A stretch of DNA of 33,631 bases, taken from Opitutales bacterium. Its GTDB lineage: Bacteria > Verrucomicrobiota > Verrucomicrobiia > Opitutales > PNEW01. The notes under the pieces were generated by a model that worked only from the letters and a program-made list of their open reading frames with translations, did not search any database and was not told the DNA's origin. Every line of letters starts with the position of its first letter. The first letter of the stretch is position 1. Location of the stretch: positions 1-33,631 of the forward strand of contig CBDANS010000001.1 of NCBI GenBank assembly GCA_965197745.1, in the 5' to 3' direction. Positions 1 to 8,408 of the stretch are shown here, one piece after another. A program made the position numbers and the translations under genes.

Positions 1-132
1 CGATTGCCCCCCCTCTATAGGTTTTTACTCTAAAAGTCACCTGCGTGATTATCTTGTCTCTAAATTAACAAATTCAGCATAACGATGCCCAAAAGCAATC
101 CCTGTGGGATTAATAAAAGAAAAATAAATTAA

Positions 133-867
133 GGGTCATGCCTAGAACAGAGGTTGTCTTAAGCACATATTAAGGTTGTTACGATAGAGACTTTGATGAC
201 GATGGTTAAAGCGATATTCAGTTTCTTTGAGGTGCAGTTGGAAGATCCTGCGGGAAAGACCTTTGAATTTAGCCAATCGGAGTTTGGCAAAAGCCCAAAA
301 AGATTCAATCCCGTTAATATGGGAGTGTCCTCGGGCAAACTAGTTGCCGTTGTGATCAACACGGTGATGCTTCTTATAGCCGAGATCCACGAGGCCGTTG
401 TAAGCGCGCCAACCGTCAGAATAAAGTACGCTGTCAAAAGTAACTCTCCCTTGAATCATCGCAGGAAGAGCGGCTCTGGAGACGTTGCGTACAACCTGGG
501 TATAGACTTTCCCATTCCGCTTGAGCAACCCGAAGACGGGCACTTTCTTGAAAGCACCCCGACCTTTTTGCTCCGGAATTCTTTTGCCCCCAAAGTAGGA
601 CTTATCCATTTCTACCGATCCTATAAAAGGCGAGGCCTGCTCACATTGCTGCGACAATCGCTCCCGCAACAAGCGCAAATAACGGTTGACTGTGTTGCGA
701 TTCAGTCTTGTCAATTGGGCTATCTTCAACGCTTCCATATCCAAGCTAAAATACTTTACTAACTGCCGAAATATGGCCTCTGAAATTTTTAAACGGTGCA
801 CATACTTGTTTTTCATTTGTCTAGAATAGCTTACACATCTGTTATGTCTCTATTCTAAGCATGACCC
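133..867 (-). mobile_element. IS1595-family insertion sequence (735 bp)
   Basis: Terminal inverted repeats GGGTCATGCCTAGAACAGAG (133) and the reverse complement GGGTCATGCTTAGAATAGAG (ending 867). ATAAATTA is present on both flanks (124-131, 868-875), consistent with a ~8-bp target duplication. Confidence 0.9.
142..816 (-). pseudogene. IS1595-family DDE transposase with one in-frame TAG
   Basis: Motifs VEMDKSYFGG, VFGLLKR and YSDGWRAY. Reading through the TAG at 340-342 continues in frame as FARGHSHINGIESFWAFAKLRL...HLKETEYRFNHR to a stop at 142-144 (225 codons). Confidence 0.9.
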
Positions 868-1199
868 ATAAATTATTATCCAAGATAGACCGTTCAAAAA
901 ACCCTGGGACAAACTTGATTAAGAGATCATGAATTATAATTTCTTATTGAAAAACTTACTCCAATAAAGCCATTCGAAAAGCAGATTTTGGAAGCTGTTA
1001 ATAATTTGCGGAGACAAAATCAACGAATCTGACGGACTTTCTTGTATGGAATGCTTATTTGCGAAGTTCTAGAAAGAGAGCTAAGAACCCTTGATTCTGT
1101 CAGGCCTGAATGGGAGGATGAATATATTAAAAAGCATATTCATAAAATATCAGTGGAGATGGGGGCTGGAATAACCTATACCGATTCACAAATTGATAA

Positions 1200-2012
1200 A
1201 TGGATTTAGAAATAATTATAAGCACTCGAGAGAAGATCCTTAATGAAGCGATTGACTATTTTAAATCGGATGAGGCGACGAAAGGTATTTTCATTGCGGG
1301 TTCACTAGCTACGAGCGAATCGGACGCGTTCTCCGATATCGATTTGCGTGTTGTCGTTACCGACAATGAATTGAACCGCTTTTTCGAAAATCGATTAGAA
1401 GCACCAAAGAAATGGGGGGTGCTTCTCTTTAATGAATGGTGACCTGTTGCCCACCACTGCGTTTCCCATTTCAAACCATTCGTTAAGATGGATGTTTTTT
1501 ATTACGGAGTGTCGGAATTTGGACCATCGCCATGGTACGCATTACCTATCCGAATTGCTTATGATCCTGAAAGTATAATTAAAAAAACAATCGATCAATC
1601 AACATCCTTGTCTTTTGAAATAGATAAAGATGAAGTCAATCGCGTAATCAACAGAGGGATTGCCTACGCACATGAAGCGTACAGACGTTTAATGCGTTCA
1701 GAATTATTTTATGCAAATAATCTAATGGATAGTCTGCGAAGCTGCATAATCTTATTAGACGATGCGATAAATGGACGAAATACAGTTTCTTCTCCTTTCT
1801 CCAAATACGAACAGAGAGCTGGGCAGAAGGATCTGCAAAAGATCACTGAGTCATAAGGGCAGCTCAATAATAAATTGATGGTCAATAAGCTTAAAACACT
1901 AACGGAAGTTTATTGTAAAAAGGTAGAAATTGCACATGATAAGTTTACAATGAGCCGAGCAATTGAAGACGATCTCTCTGCGTTGGAAATTATATTTAAC
2001 GAGAAATTTTAA
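1200..2012 (+). pseudogene. Pol-beta-type nucleotidyltransferase (lincosamide/aminoglycoside NTase-like), two in-frame stops
   Basis: GS..(D)AFSDIDLRVVV motif. ORFs 1200-1442 and 1488-1856 are in the same frame, separated by TGA 1440-1442. The frame stays open past TAA 1854-1856 to TAA 2010-2012, giving a ~270-codon gene with a helical C-terminal domain. Confidence 0.7.
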
Positions 2013-2157
2013 TAATTAAGACGAAAGCAAAGATGACGAAAAGAAGGTTATCTCGTGTTATTCGATTCAAGACCCCTGTGATAGGGATTGAAAAATTGGG
2101 ATTTAAAGCATATTATTAAATAGATAAATTAGAATAACCTATAATCATAGAGGATAT

Positions 2158-2901
2158 ATGGTAACACAGGAACAGTTGAATCACTACTGGGGAAAGGGAT
2201 GGGTAGTCATCGAAGGAGTATTTGACCCTGCCGTGGTGGACGGTATTGCAAAAACAGCGACGGCGATCATTGAAAAGGAGATTAAGGATCCTGATATTCC
2301 TGCGGTGGCGGGTGAACGCTTGGAAAACGGAGAAATTATTCCCCGTAAATTAATGGAAGCATTTTTCAAACATCCCTCTTTTCAGGAATTCGTTCTTAAC
2401 GAACGGCTCAGTAAAGTAATTGAAATGTTTATCAAGGGCACACCCCTTTTGTTAGCGGACCAGATACTCATGAAGCCGCCCCGTCACGGTGGTCGCAAAC
2501 CCTACCATCAAGATAACTTTCATTTTCAATGTTTTCCCGTCGACCATGTCACCACGACATGGATCGCACTCGACGATGTAGGTGAAGATAACGGCTGTCT
2601 GCGCTATATCAGCGGATCGCACAAAGAGGGAATGATCCCTCACGTTTCCATGGAAAACGAGCCTTACAATTTAATACCTCCTGAAGATCGCGTTGATTTA
2701 TCAAGAGAGGAACTAGCTCCGGTAGGTAAAGGAGGAGTGGTCTTTCATCACGGACAGACTTTACACAGTTCGCACCGCAATCATTCCGATCGCTGGCGAA
2801 GAGGTTACGCCACCCACTGGGTAACACCCGCTGTCACCGGCAAGAATGGCAATCTGGAAAGCGCATTTTTCAACGACGATCGCTATCCACTAGCTGGTTG
2901 A
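2158..2901 (+). CDS. Phytanoyl-CoA dioxygenase (PhyH) family Fe(II)/2-oxoglutarate dioxygenase
   Basis: KPP..GG..PYHQD (HxD), WIALDD...NGCL..I.GSH and FHHG.TLH.S..N.S...RR motifs. Shine-Dalgarno-like GAGG lies upstream. Confidence 0.92.
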   Translation: MVTQEQLNHYWGKGWVVIEGVFDPAVVDGIAKTATAIIEKEIKDPDIPAVAGERLENGEIIPRKLMEAFFKHPSFQEFVLNERLSKVIEMFIKGTPLLLADQILMKPPRHGGRKPYHQDNFHFQCFPVDHVTTTWIALDDVGEDNGCLRYISGSHKEGMIPHVSMENEPYNLIPPEDRVDLSREELAPVGKGGVVFHHGQTLHSSHRNHSDRWRRGYATHWVTPAVTGKNGNLESAFFNDDRYPLAG

Positions 2902-3260
2902 TGTGAACCTTTCCGATTCGTTCATCTGCATTCAACTGGTTTCCCTAGTCGTTATTTATAAGAATTTTATGAATTTTTTTAAAATGCACTAAAAAGCATA
3001 CAAAGAAGGAAAATTTTTAGCGAGCTTAACTTTATATTCAGCGTTAGTTTTAGTTACCGGATCTAACACCGCTGCCTCATGGCTAATAAAAGGGAGTAAG
3101 TCATATCTCGATGGTCTACCTTTGTAAACGACACGGTATTGTCACTGTAATTCAAATAATCTTTTTGATTGGCCGATTGTCCCCTCGCTTAATAGGCTTT
3201 TTACTCTAAAAATCACCGGTGTGATTATCTTGTTTCTAAATTAGAAAAATCAGCATAACG

Positions 3261-4217
3261 ATGCCCAAGAGTAAGTCAAAAGCAAAGCGTCAATCTCAAT
3301 CAGAAGCAGTCCCTAGGGGATTTTCTGAGAGTGAAAGAAAAATAAGTATATTATTATACAAGATAGACCGTTCAAGAAAACCCTGGGCTCAGACTGGATT
3401 AAGTGATGACGAATTAGAATTTCTTCTAGAAGAACTTACTCCAATAAAGCGATTCGAAAATCAGACTTGGAAAACTGTTAAAAATTTGCGGAGACAAAAT
3501 CAAACAATCTGGCGGACTTTCTTGTATGGAATGCTTATTAGCTTCGTTCTAGAAAGAGAGCTAAGTGACCTTGATACTTTCTGGCCTGAATGGAAGGATG
3601 AATATTTTACTAAACGTATTCATAAATTTATAGAGATGATAAGGGATGGAAGAATAGATTATGGATATAATAAAAGTCGACGAGACCGTATAAGGACTAC
3701 TGTGGATCCATATTTTAAATGGTTGGAACCCCATACTACTGGTGAATATGCGAAAGCAATTGCTGTTAATATTAAAACGATTGAAAGGTATTTAAAATCA
3801 ATAAAAGCGAAACCTTCCACCCCTGCCCAAGGTCCATATGGTCAGCAATATTCATCTACTGTAGGACTCAAGATATTTAAAGCGTGGCTTACTAAGCCGG
3901 GTTGGCTTACGGTTGGTAAACTGAAAAAACGTTTCCCTGTTAATAATAAAAATAATAATATAACACAACCCGGTGAAGCAGATCTGCGCTGTCAATTAGG
4001 TGTGATGTTATTAGAACGCTTATACTATGATGTTGGTGACGAAAAACTGATGGAAAAATTCAGAAGCATAATCTATGACAAATTGCCGGGCAGTAAAGAA
4101 GCGTGGCTTAAACAGCGAGAACATATAAAAGTGAGAAGCAATAATTTCTGGGATCTACCTATCAAATATCAGATTTATGATATGCTACCTTTTTCACCTA
4201 TTCTACCTATTAACTGA
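3261..4217 (+). CDS. Hypothetical protein (318 aa, basic), first gene of the putative element
   Basis: Long open frame, and a decayed paralog exists at 85-1150. No recognised family. Confidence 0.7.
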   Translation: MPKSKSKAKRQSQSEAVPRGFSESERKISILLYKIDRSRKPWAQTGLSDDELEFLLEELTPIKRFENQTWKTVKNLRRQNQTIWRTFLYGMLISFVLERELSDLDTFWPEWKDEYFTKRIHKFIEMIRDGRIDYGYNKSRRDRIRTTVDPYFKWLEPHTTGEYAKAIAVNIKTIERYLKSIKAKPSTPAQGPYGQQYSSTVGLKIFKAWLTKPGWLTVGKLKKRFPVNNKNNNITQPGEADLRCQLGVMLLERLYYDVGDEKLMEKFRSIIYDKLPGSKEAWLKQREHIKVRSNNFWDLPIKYQIYDMLPFSPILPIN

Positions 4218-4373
4218 TGGGACTATCAATATTTCTACAATGAATCTTTAGTGGGGACTTTAGATACATTAGAAGAATGTATTGGATATTTTAAATATAA
4301 AGCGGGGACTTTACTTTAAGATGTCGCCTAGATGATCAAAAGTCATATCATGTCGTTAGTTTTTTAAAAACTG

Positions 4374-4589
4374 ATGGTGTGTTCATATCTAAATAATGAT
4401 CAGTTGGTGGATGCTGCAAGGCTCCTGGAAATTCTCTTCGATGAAAGGTCCCGTCCGAGCTTACGCTGGCTTCGAGAACAGCAAAGAAGGAGAACTATCC
4501 CCTATATCAAGATAGGGCATCTGGTAAGATTTAATCCCGCTCAAGTAAGGGAGGCCCTAGAGGAGAGAAATACGGTAGTGCCCCGTTAA
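4374..4589 (+). CDS. Excisionase/AlpA-like small HTH DNA-binding protein
   Basis: 71 aa with the pattern SLRWLREQQRRRTIPYIKIGHLVRFNPAQVREAL, typical of HTH_17/Xis proteins. Confidence 0.8.
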   Translation: MVCSYLNNDQLVDAARLLEILFDERSRPSLRWLREQQRRRTIPYIKIGHLVRFNPAQVREALEERNTVVPR

Positions 4590-4603
4590 AGGGATAATTT
4601 AAA

Positions 4604-5402
4604 ATGTCAGAAGATCAAATAAAAGAAAATAACGAGAAATATATCCAGGTCCCCTTATGTCTTTTGACTTATCAAGGGAATGGTGTGAACGATATCGTAA
4701 GAGGGATGTTAGCAATTGGCATGCAAAGGAACCGTTTGTATTTATCTAATCTACCTGAAGATGAACTCTATCTGCCTGAGGAAAATGATTTACCGCATGA
4801 TTTTGATCTCAACAACCGCGAGCATCGATTACTTTGCGCTGCGGGAAAGATCTGCGGGAAAGATGTCAGGGATAAAATTAAGATCAACTTCAATGGTAAT
4901 TATTGAAAAAGATATAAGGAAATATCAGGCATATATCGATGATTTTGAGATAAAATTTGGAACTGACGCCTTAGTCCGACATAAGACAGCTTTGTGTTTT
5001 GATGTAAGAGACAAAGGTGCGCCCAATCCTCGTGAATTTGCTATTCTTTCAGCTATTTATTCCTGCCTGGGTCAAAGTAGTTACCGCCGAATCACCAGTG
5101 CCGAAATCCAGTGCCGTGCAACCGGTTGCCGTTCAAAAGAGATTTTTGACACTTTTGAAGAGAGACCGGAGCCTTATTCAATTAAACAAATACGAAAGAC
5201 TGTCGAAGATCTTTTTTTAAAAGATTTTTTTGGCAGATTTACTTATCGGTATCGTGAGACCTATTATTCTCACAAACTTGGTGAAGATGAGTTAAGAGAT
5301 AAAGTTTTCGAAAAGAGAACATCCCTTATGAGGAAGAAAAAATCCATCCAGGCTAAGGATGAGGCAATAAATAAAAGACTAATAAAATTAAAAATGGGAT
5401 AG
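4604..5402 (+). pseudogene. Putative winged-helix/replication initiator-like protein, apparently split by a frameshift near 4860-4905
   Basis: Overlapping ORFs 4604-4906 and 4716-5402. The C-terminal part has an HTH-plus-wing-like pattern (REFAILSAIYS...SIKQIRKTVEDL...FFGRFTY..ETYYSH). It lies between the Xis-like gene and the iteron array. Function is inferred. Confidence 0.45.
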
Positions 5403-5492
5403 AATCTTGCCCCCCCCTTTTAATGAACCAAACGCGACAACTTATAAATAACAGAAACAATAATTTCGTGAAATTCTTTATCCATTTTAGGT

Positions 5493-5610
5493 GGGCAACT
5501 TGAGGGCAACATAGGGGCAACATAGGGGCAAGTTGAGGGCAACTTTAATAGAGATATTCTTAATAGAGATTGTACGAATAAAGATACTATGAATAAAGAT
5601 AGATTTAATA
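5493..5610 (+). repeat. Iteron-like array (5 x 11 bp GGGCAAcwtrr) followed by 4 x 15 bp AT-rich repeats (kAATArAGAT-n5): candidate replication origin
   Basis: GGGCAACTTGA, GGGCAACATAG, GGGCAACATAG, GGGCAAGTTGA, GGGCAACTTTA at 5493-5547. Then TAATAGAGATATTCT, TAATAGAGATTGTAC, GAATAAAGATACTAT, GAATAAAGATAGATT at 5546-5605. Confidence 0.8.
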
Positions 5611-5867
5611 CTAAGGGTTGTCGTGGCCGACAACTGCGAAAAAAATTTATTGATGTGCTAGCAATTAATGAAATCAAAGAAACCTGGGTTGAGTATTGTG
5701 AAAACTTTAAACCAACAGATAAAGAAATAAGAATACGACTATCACTGATCGCAGACTATTTAAGAGAAGGCGGTGAAATGGACGCGATTGTCGAGGCCCT
5801 GGAGGCCGATTATGAAGTCGATATTATAGAGCTTTGTTGTGGTATAGATCTTAAGGGATTTTTATGA
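5589..5867 (+). CDS. Hypothetical protein (92 aa, acidic C-terminus)
   Basis: ORF with protein-like composition; its start lies within the AT-rich repeats. Confidence 0.4.
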   Translation: MNKDRFNTKGCRGRQLRKKFIDVLAINEIKETWVEYCENFKPTDKEIRIRLSLIADYLREGGEMDAIVEALEADYEVDIIELCCGIDLKGFL

Positions 5868-5976
5868 CTGCTAAATTATTCTTTTTACCCGAGTGGTAAA
5901 TATTTGAAATCAAATAGAAACAATAAATGCTGCATAAAAAGATAGGTTACCATGAATTCATTGAGCAAAGGCTTTT

Positions 5977-6133
5977 AAGGGGCCTGAGTGCCTCGAGAAA
6001 GGCCGTTTGAAACTTAAGCTAGGGATGGGGGGGTTCATAACAAAGAGTGATCGTTCATTCAGAAGCAAATTTAAGTGGGGTGATTTTAAAATATTTTTGC
6101 TGCCAAGCGTTGCTCGATTATAAGTATATTTTC
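5977..6133 (+). repeat. Non-coding direct repeat, copy 1 (~160 bp)
   Basis: Shares 'gcctcgagaaaggccgtttg', a G-run, 'ttcataac', 'gtgatcgttcatt', 'agcaaatttaag' and 'ttttaaaatattttt' with 6387-6560. Confidence 0.85.
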
Positions 6134-6165
6134 TGATGATTAAAAACATTAGAATAAAAACCTCA

Positions 6166-6193
6166 AGGTAACCAAAGTCTAATTTGGTTACCT
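6166..6193. promoter_or_regulatory. Perfect 11-6-11 inverted repeat
   Basis: AGGTAACCAAA-gtctaa-TTTGGTTACCT. Confidence 0.55.
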
Positions 6194-6386
6194 ACATGCT
6201 TTTTATCTGTGAACATTTTAATATTTAAAATGAGCTGTCTCAAGCAGACACGGACAACATTTTTAAAAGACAGATTTTAATGCGAGGAAATTTTCAAATA
6301 GATAATGCGCGTTTTCGTACACTCGTTTGAAAGTTTTCGAGGTCGGAAGGATTTTAAGCTTCGAAGCTTGATTTGATTTGCCCGTG

Positions 6387-6560
6387 AAGGGGTCTGAGAG
6401 CCTCGAGAAAGGCCGTTTGCATCTTAAGGCAAGATGGGGGGGGGGGGGGGGGGGAGGGTGTTTCATAACGAAGGGTGATCGTTCATTTTAGAGCAAATTT
6501 AAGCGTAGTTTTTAAAATATTTTTTGCTGTTTTAGAGTTGCCCTTTATAAATTTATTTTC
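6387..6560 (+). repeat. Non-coding direct repeat, copy 2 (contains a G19 run)
   Basis: Aligns with 5977-6133; the G7 of copy 1 is G19 here (6436-6454). Confidence 0.85.
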
Positions 6561-6767
6561 CGGCGAGTAAATCGATAGTATGACAGGTGGCCTGTCTGCT
6601 GATCGCACCCCCCCCTGTAACACGATCTGCTCCTAAAAGCGCGAGTTCAAGCGGTGGTGCGCGAAGGTGAACGCTCAAGGCATGCCCTCGTCCAGAGAAG
6701 GTGACAACCCTAAATCACCGGTCGTAAGGGTGTGGCAAGCGTATGTCAACAAGAGCTTAATTAGGGT

Positions 6768-7250
6768 TTTAAACTGGGGCGTACTCCTTAATTATCGTTA
6801 GTTTAAGACGGTTAGAAATTTTATGTGTAACTTTAACATGTTGATAACTAAATACTTAAAAAACTACTAGACATAATAACAATTGTGCGGTTCACCTTCT
6901 AAGACCTCATCTCCAGTCCGTCCTCTTTTGGTCCGCGCACACCGGCACTGATAACGGCCTGCTCAGGCAACCTTCAAACTACCAGTCTCTCTTTTTTATG
7001 TGTCCACAGGTTGGCCTTCATTGCGGACAAGCTAAAACAACCCTTAATCGATGGGCAGATCGATAAGGGAGGATCGTTTCGATCTTCTCTCCCCCTTTTA
7101 AGTGTGTCCACAGTTCACCGTTGTACAACGGTAAACGACAGACATAAAAAATGACAATATTGACAGCATCAATTTGGCGAAAAAAAACCGCCCCCCCCAT
7201 GTCTATCTCTCAGATTGAGGAAGGTTCTGAAAATAGCGCCGAAACAGTTA
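6768..7250. repeat. Conserved non-coding block A (contains a dif-like site and hairpins)
   Basis: Colinear block-wise similarity to 9741-10360, including an identical 27-mer CCCTTAATCGATGGGCAGATCGATAAG (7041-7067 and 10115-10141). Confidence 0.85.
6866..6893 (-). other. XerC/XerD dif-like recombination site 1
   Basis: Minus strand GAACCGCACAA-TTGTTA-TTATGTCTAGT. The 11-6-11 layout matches E. coli dif (GGTGCGCATAA-TGTATA-TTATGTTAAAT) at 7/11 and 8/11 in the arms. Confidence 0.75.
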
Positions 7251-7398
7251 CCCTCAAAATAGAAATCTGTCATGAGGAACTGTAAAATGGATTTGCCCAG
7301 GAGCTATCTAAGCAGCGTGCAGGTTCACTACTTAGTTAAGGGTATGAGATTTTTTCGGCTAGTCATATGACCACAGGACCACGTATAAAGTTACTCTT

Positions 7399-7647
7399 AT
7401 GGTTATCGTTCTTATCTGCTTTCTTCTGGTCTTTACTTTGATTGGTCTATCCTTGGTCTGGCAACACCGTGGCACCAGACAAAACGCAAGCGTCAACCAC
7501 AACCGGAGGGAGGCGCAGAGTTGTCGCGAAAATATCATCTCTCAAGAAGATACCATTAACCTCCGGGACAAATCGCAGCTTGAACTATTCGACGATGCGG
7601 AGCTCTCCCGTGTGGCGAGGGAAAGTGCTATTTATAGGAGGAAATAA
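7399..7647 (+). CDS. Small N-terminally membrane-anchored hypothetical protein
   Basis: Hydrophobic first ~22 aa followed by a charged tail. Confidence 0.4.
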   Translation: MVIVLICFLLVFTLIGLSLVWQHRGTRQNASVNHNRREAQSCRENIISQEDTINLRDKSQLELFDDAELSRVARESAIYRRK

Positions 7648-7910
7648 ATATCAATAGCTAGACACATGCAACGGCAGGGGTAACGCAAAGTACAAGCTGG
7701 GCCGATACACGATGCTTCCAGTTTTTAATTCAAGGCGATCCCAAGGCCAATCAACGGTTTTCTTCTATACTCGAATACAATCTATCAAAGAATTGGATGA
7801 TAAAAAAGAAAAGTGGTCACGACCACTACGGATAAATTTCCGATTATTGGTATATCCTATAGCAATTTTGTCATAGCCTATATTCACCATGGATCAAATC
7901 TGTGTTAAAT

Positions 7911-8399
7911 CTAACTAGTTATTCTTTCTAATGCTAAACGCTCATGATCTTTAATTTTTCTTAATTCACTTTCAGGGACATTTGTTTCGCAGCATGAAAA
8001 TCTAACTAGTGTATTATGAAGCTCTTTATTAAATATATATTCTGCACGTTTTCTATGAAAATTTGAAGTTACAATAATCAAGTCCGTTACCCTACGCTTT
8101 TCTATTATTGGTTTTGAAAGTTGAACATCCTCAATTGTGTTTGAACTTTCGATCCACTTTAAAATCTTTTCTTTTGGAACTCCCTTTGATAGCAATTGCT
8201 GTGTAGTATAATAACCATGCGGCTTTGGAGAAATATTGAAATGGTTACCGAATCCTCCAGTTGGGAGTATAAAATATTTTGGATTGTGATAATATTCTTT
8301 GATTAAATGCTTTAAGCGTTCTTGGGCAATAATAGAGAGAGTTCCGTCTATATCATTTGGAGCTCCTAATAGTAGAATAATCCCTTTATCTGTATACAT
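7911..8399 (-). CDS. YdcF/DUF218 (SanA/ElyC-like) family protein
   Basis: IILLLG...R....; TGG; E..NTIED; IIVTSNFH..RA..IF motifs. The IS3 end lies 1 bp upstream of the ATG. Confidence 0.88.
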   Translation of the reverse strand: MYTDKGIILLLGAPNDIDGTLSIIAQERLKHLIKEYYHNPKYFILPTGGFGNHFNISPKPHGYYTTQQLLSKGVPKEKILKWIESSNTIEDVQLSKPIIEKRRVTDLIIVTSNFHRKRAEYIFNKELHNTLVRFSCCETNVPESELRKIKDHERLALERITS

Positions 8400-8408
8400 T
8401 TGGTCGGG

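Larger units (their letters stand above)
85..1150 (+). pseudogene. Decayed paralog of the hypothetical gene at 3261-4217, interrupted by IS1595
   Basis: Positions 1-132 and 868-~1150 align to 3174-~3630. Shared blocks include upstream 'gtgattatcttgt..ctaaatta..cagcataacgATGCCC' and 'caagatagaccgttcaa', 'acttactccaataaagc', 'aatttgcggagacaaaatcaa', 'cggactttcttgtatggaatgcttatt'. This copy has stops and indels. Confidence 0.85.

Noticed and set aside
193..762. 189-aa plus-strand ORF
   Set aside because: It is the antisense shadow of the IS1595 transposase.
5493..5610. CRISPR array
   Set aside because: The units are contiguous 11- and 15-mers with no unique spacers, and no cas genes are present.
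6263..6466. Poly-proline ORF
   Set aside because: It is an artefact of the G19 run within a non-coding repeat.
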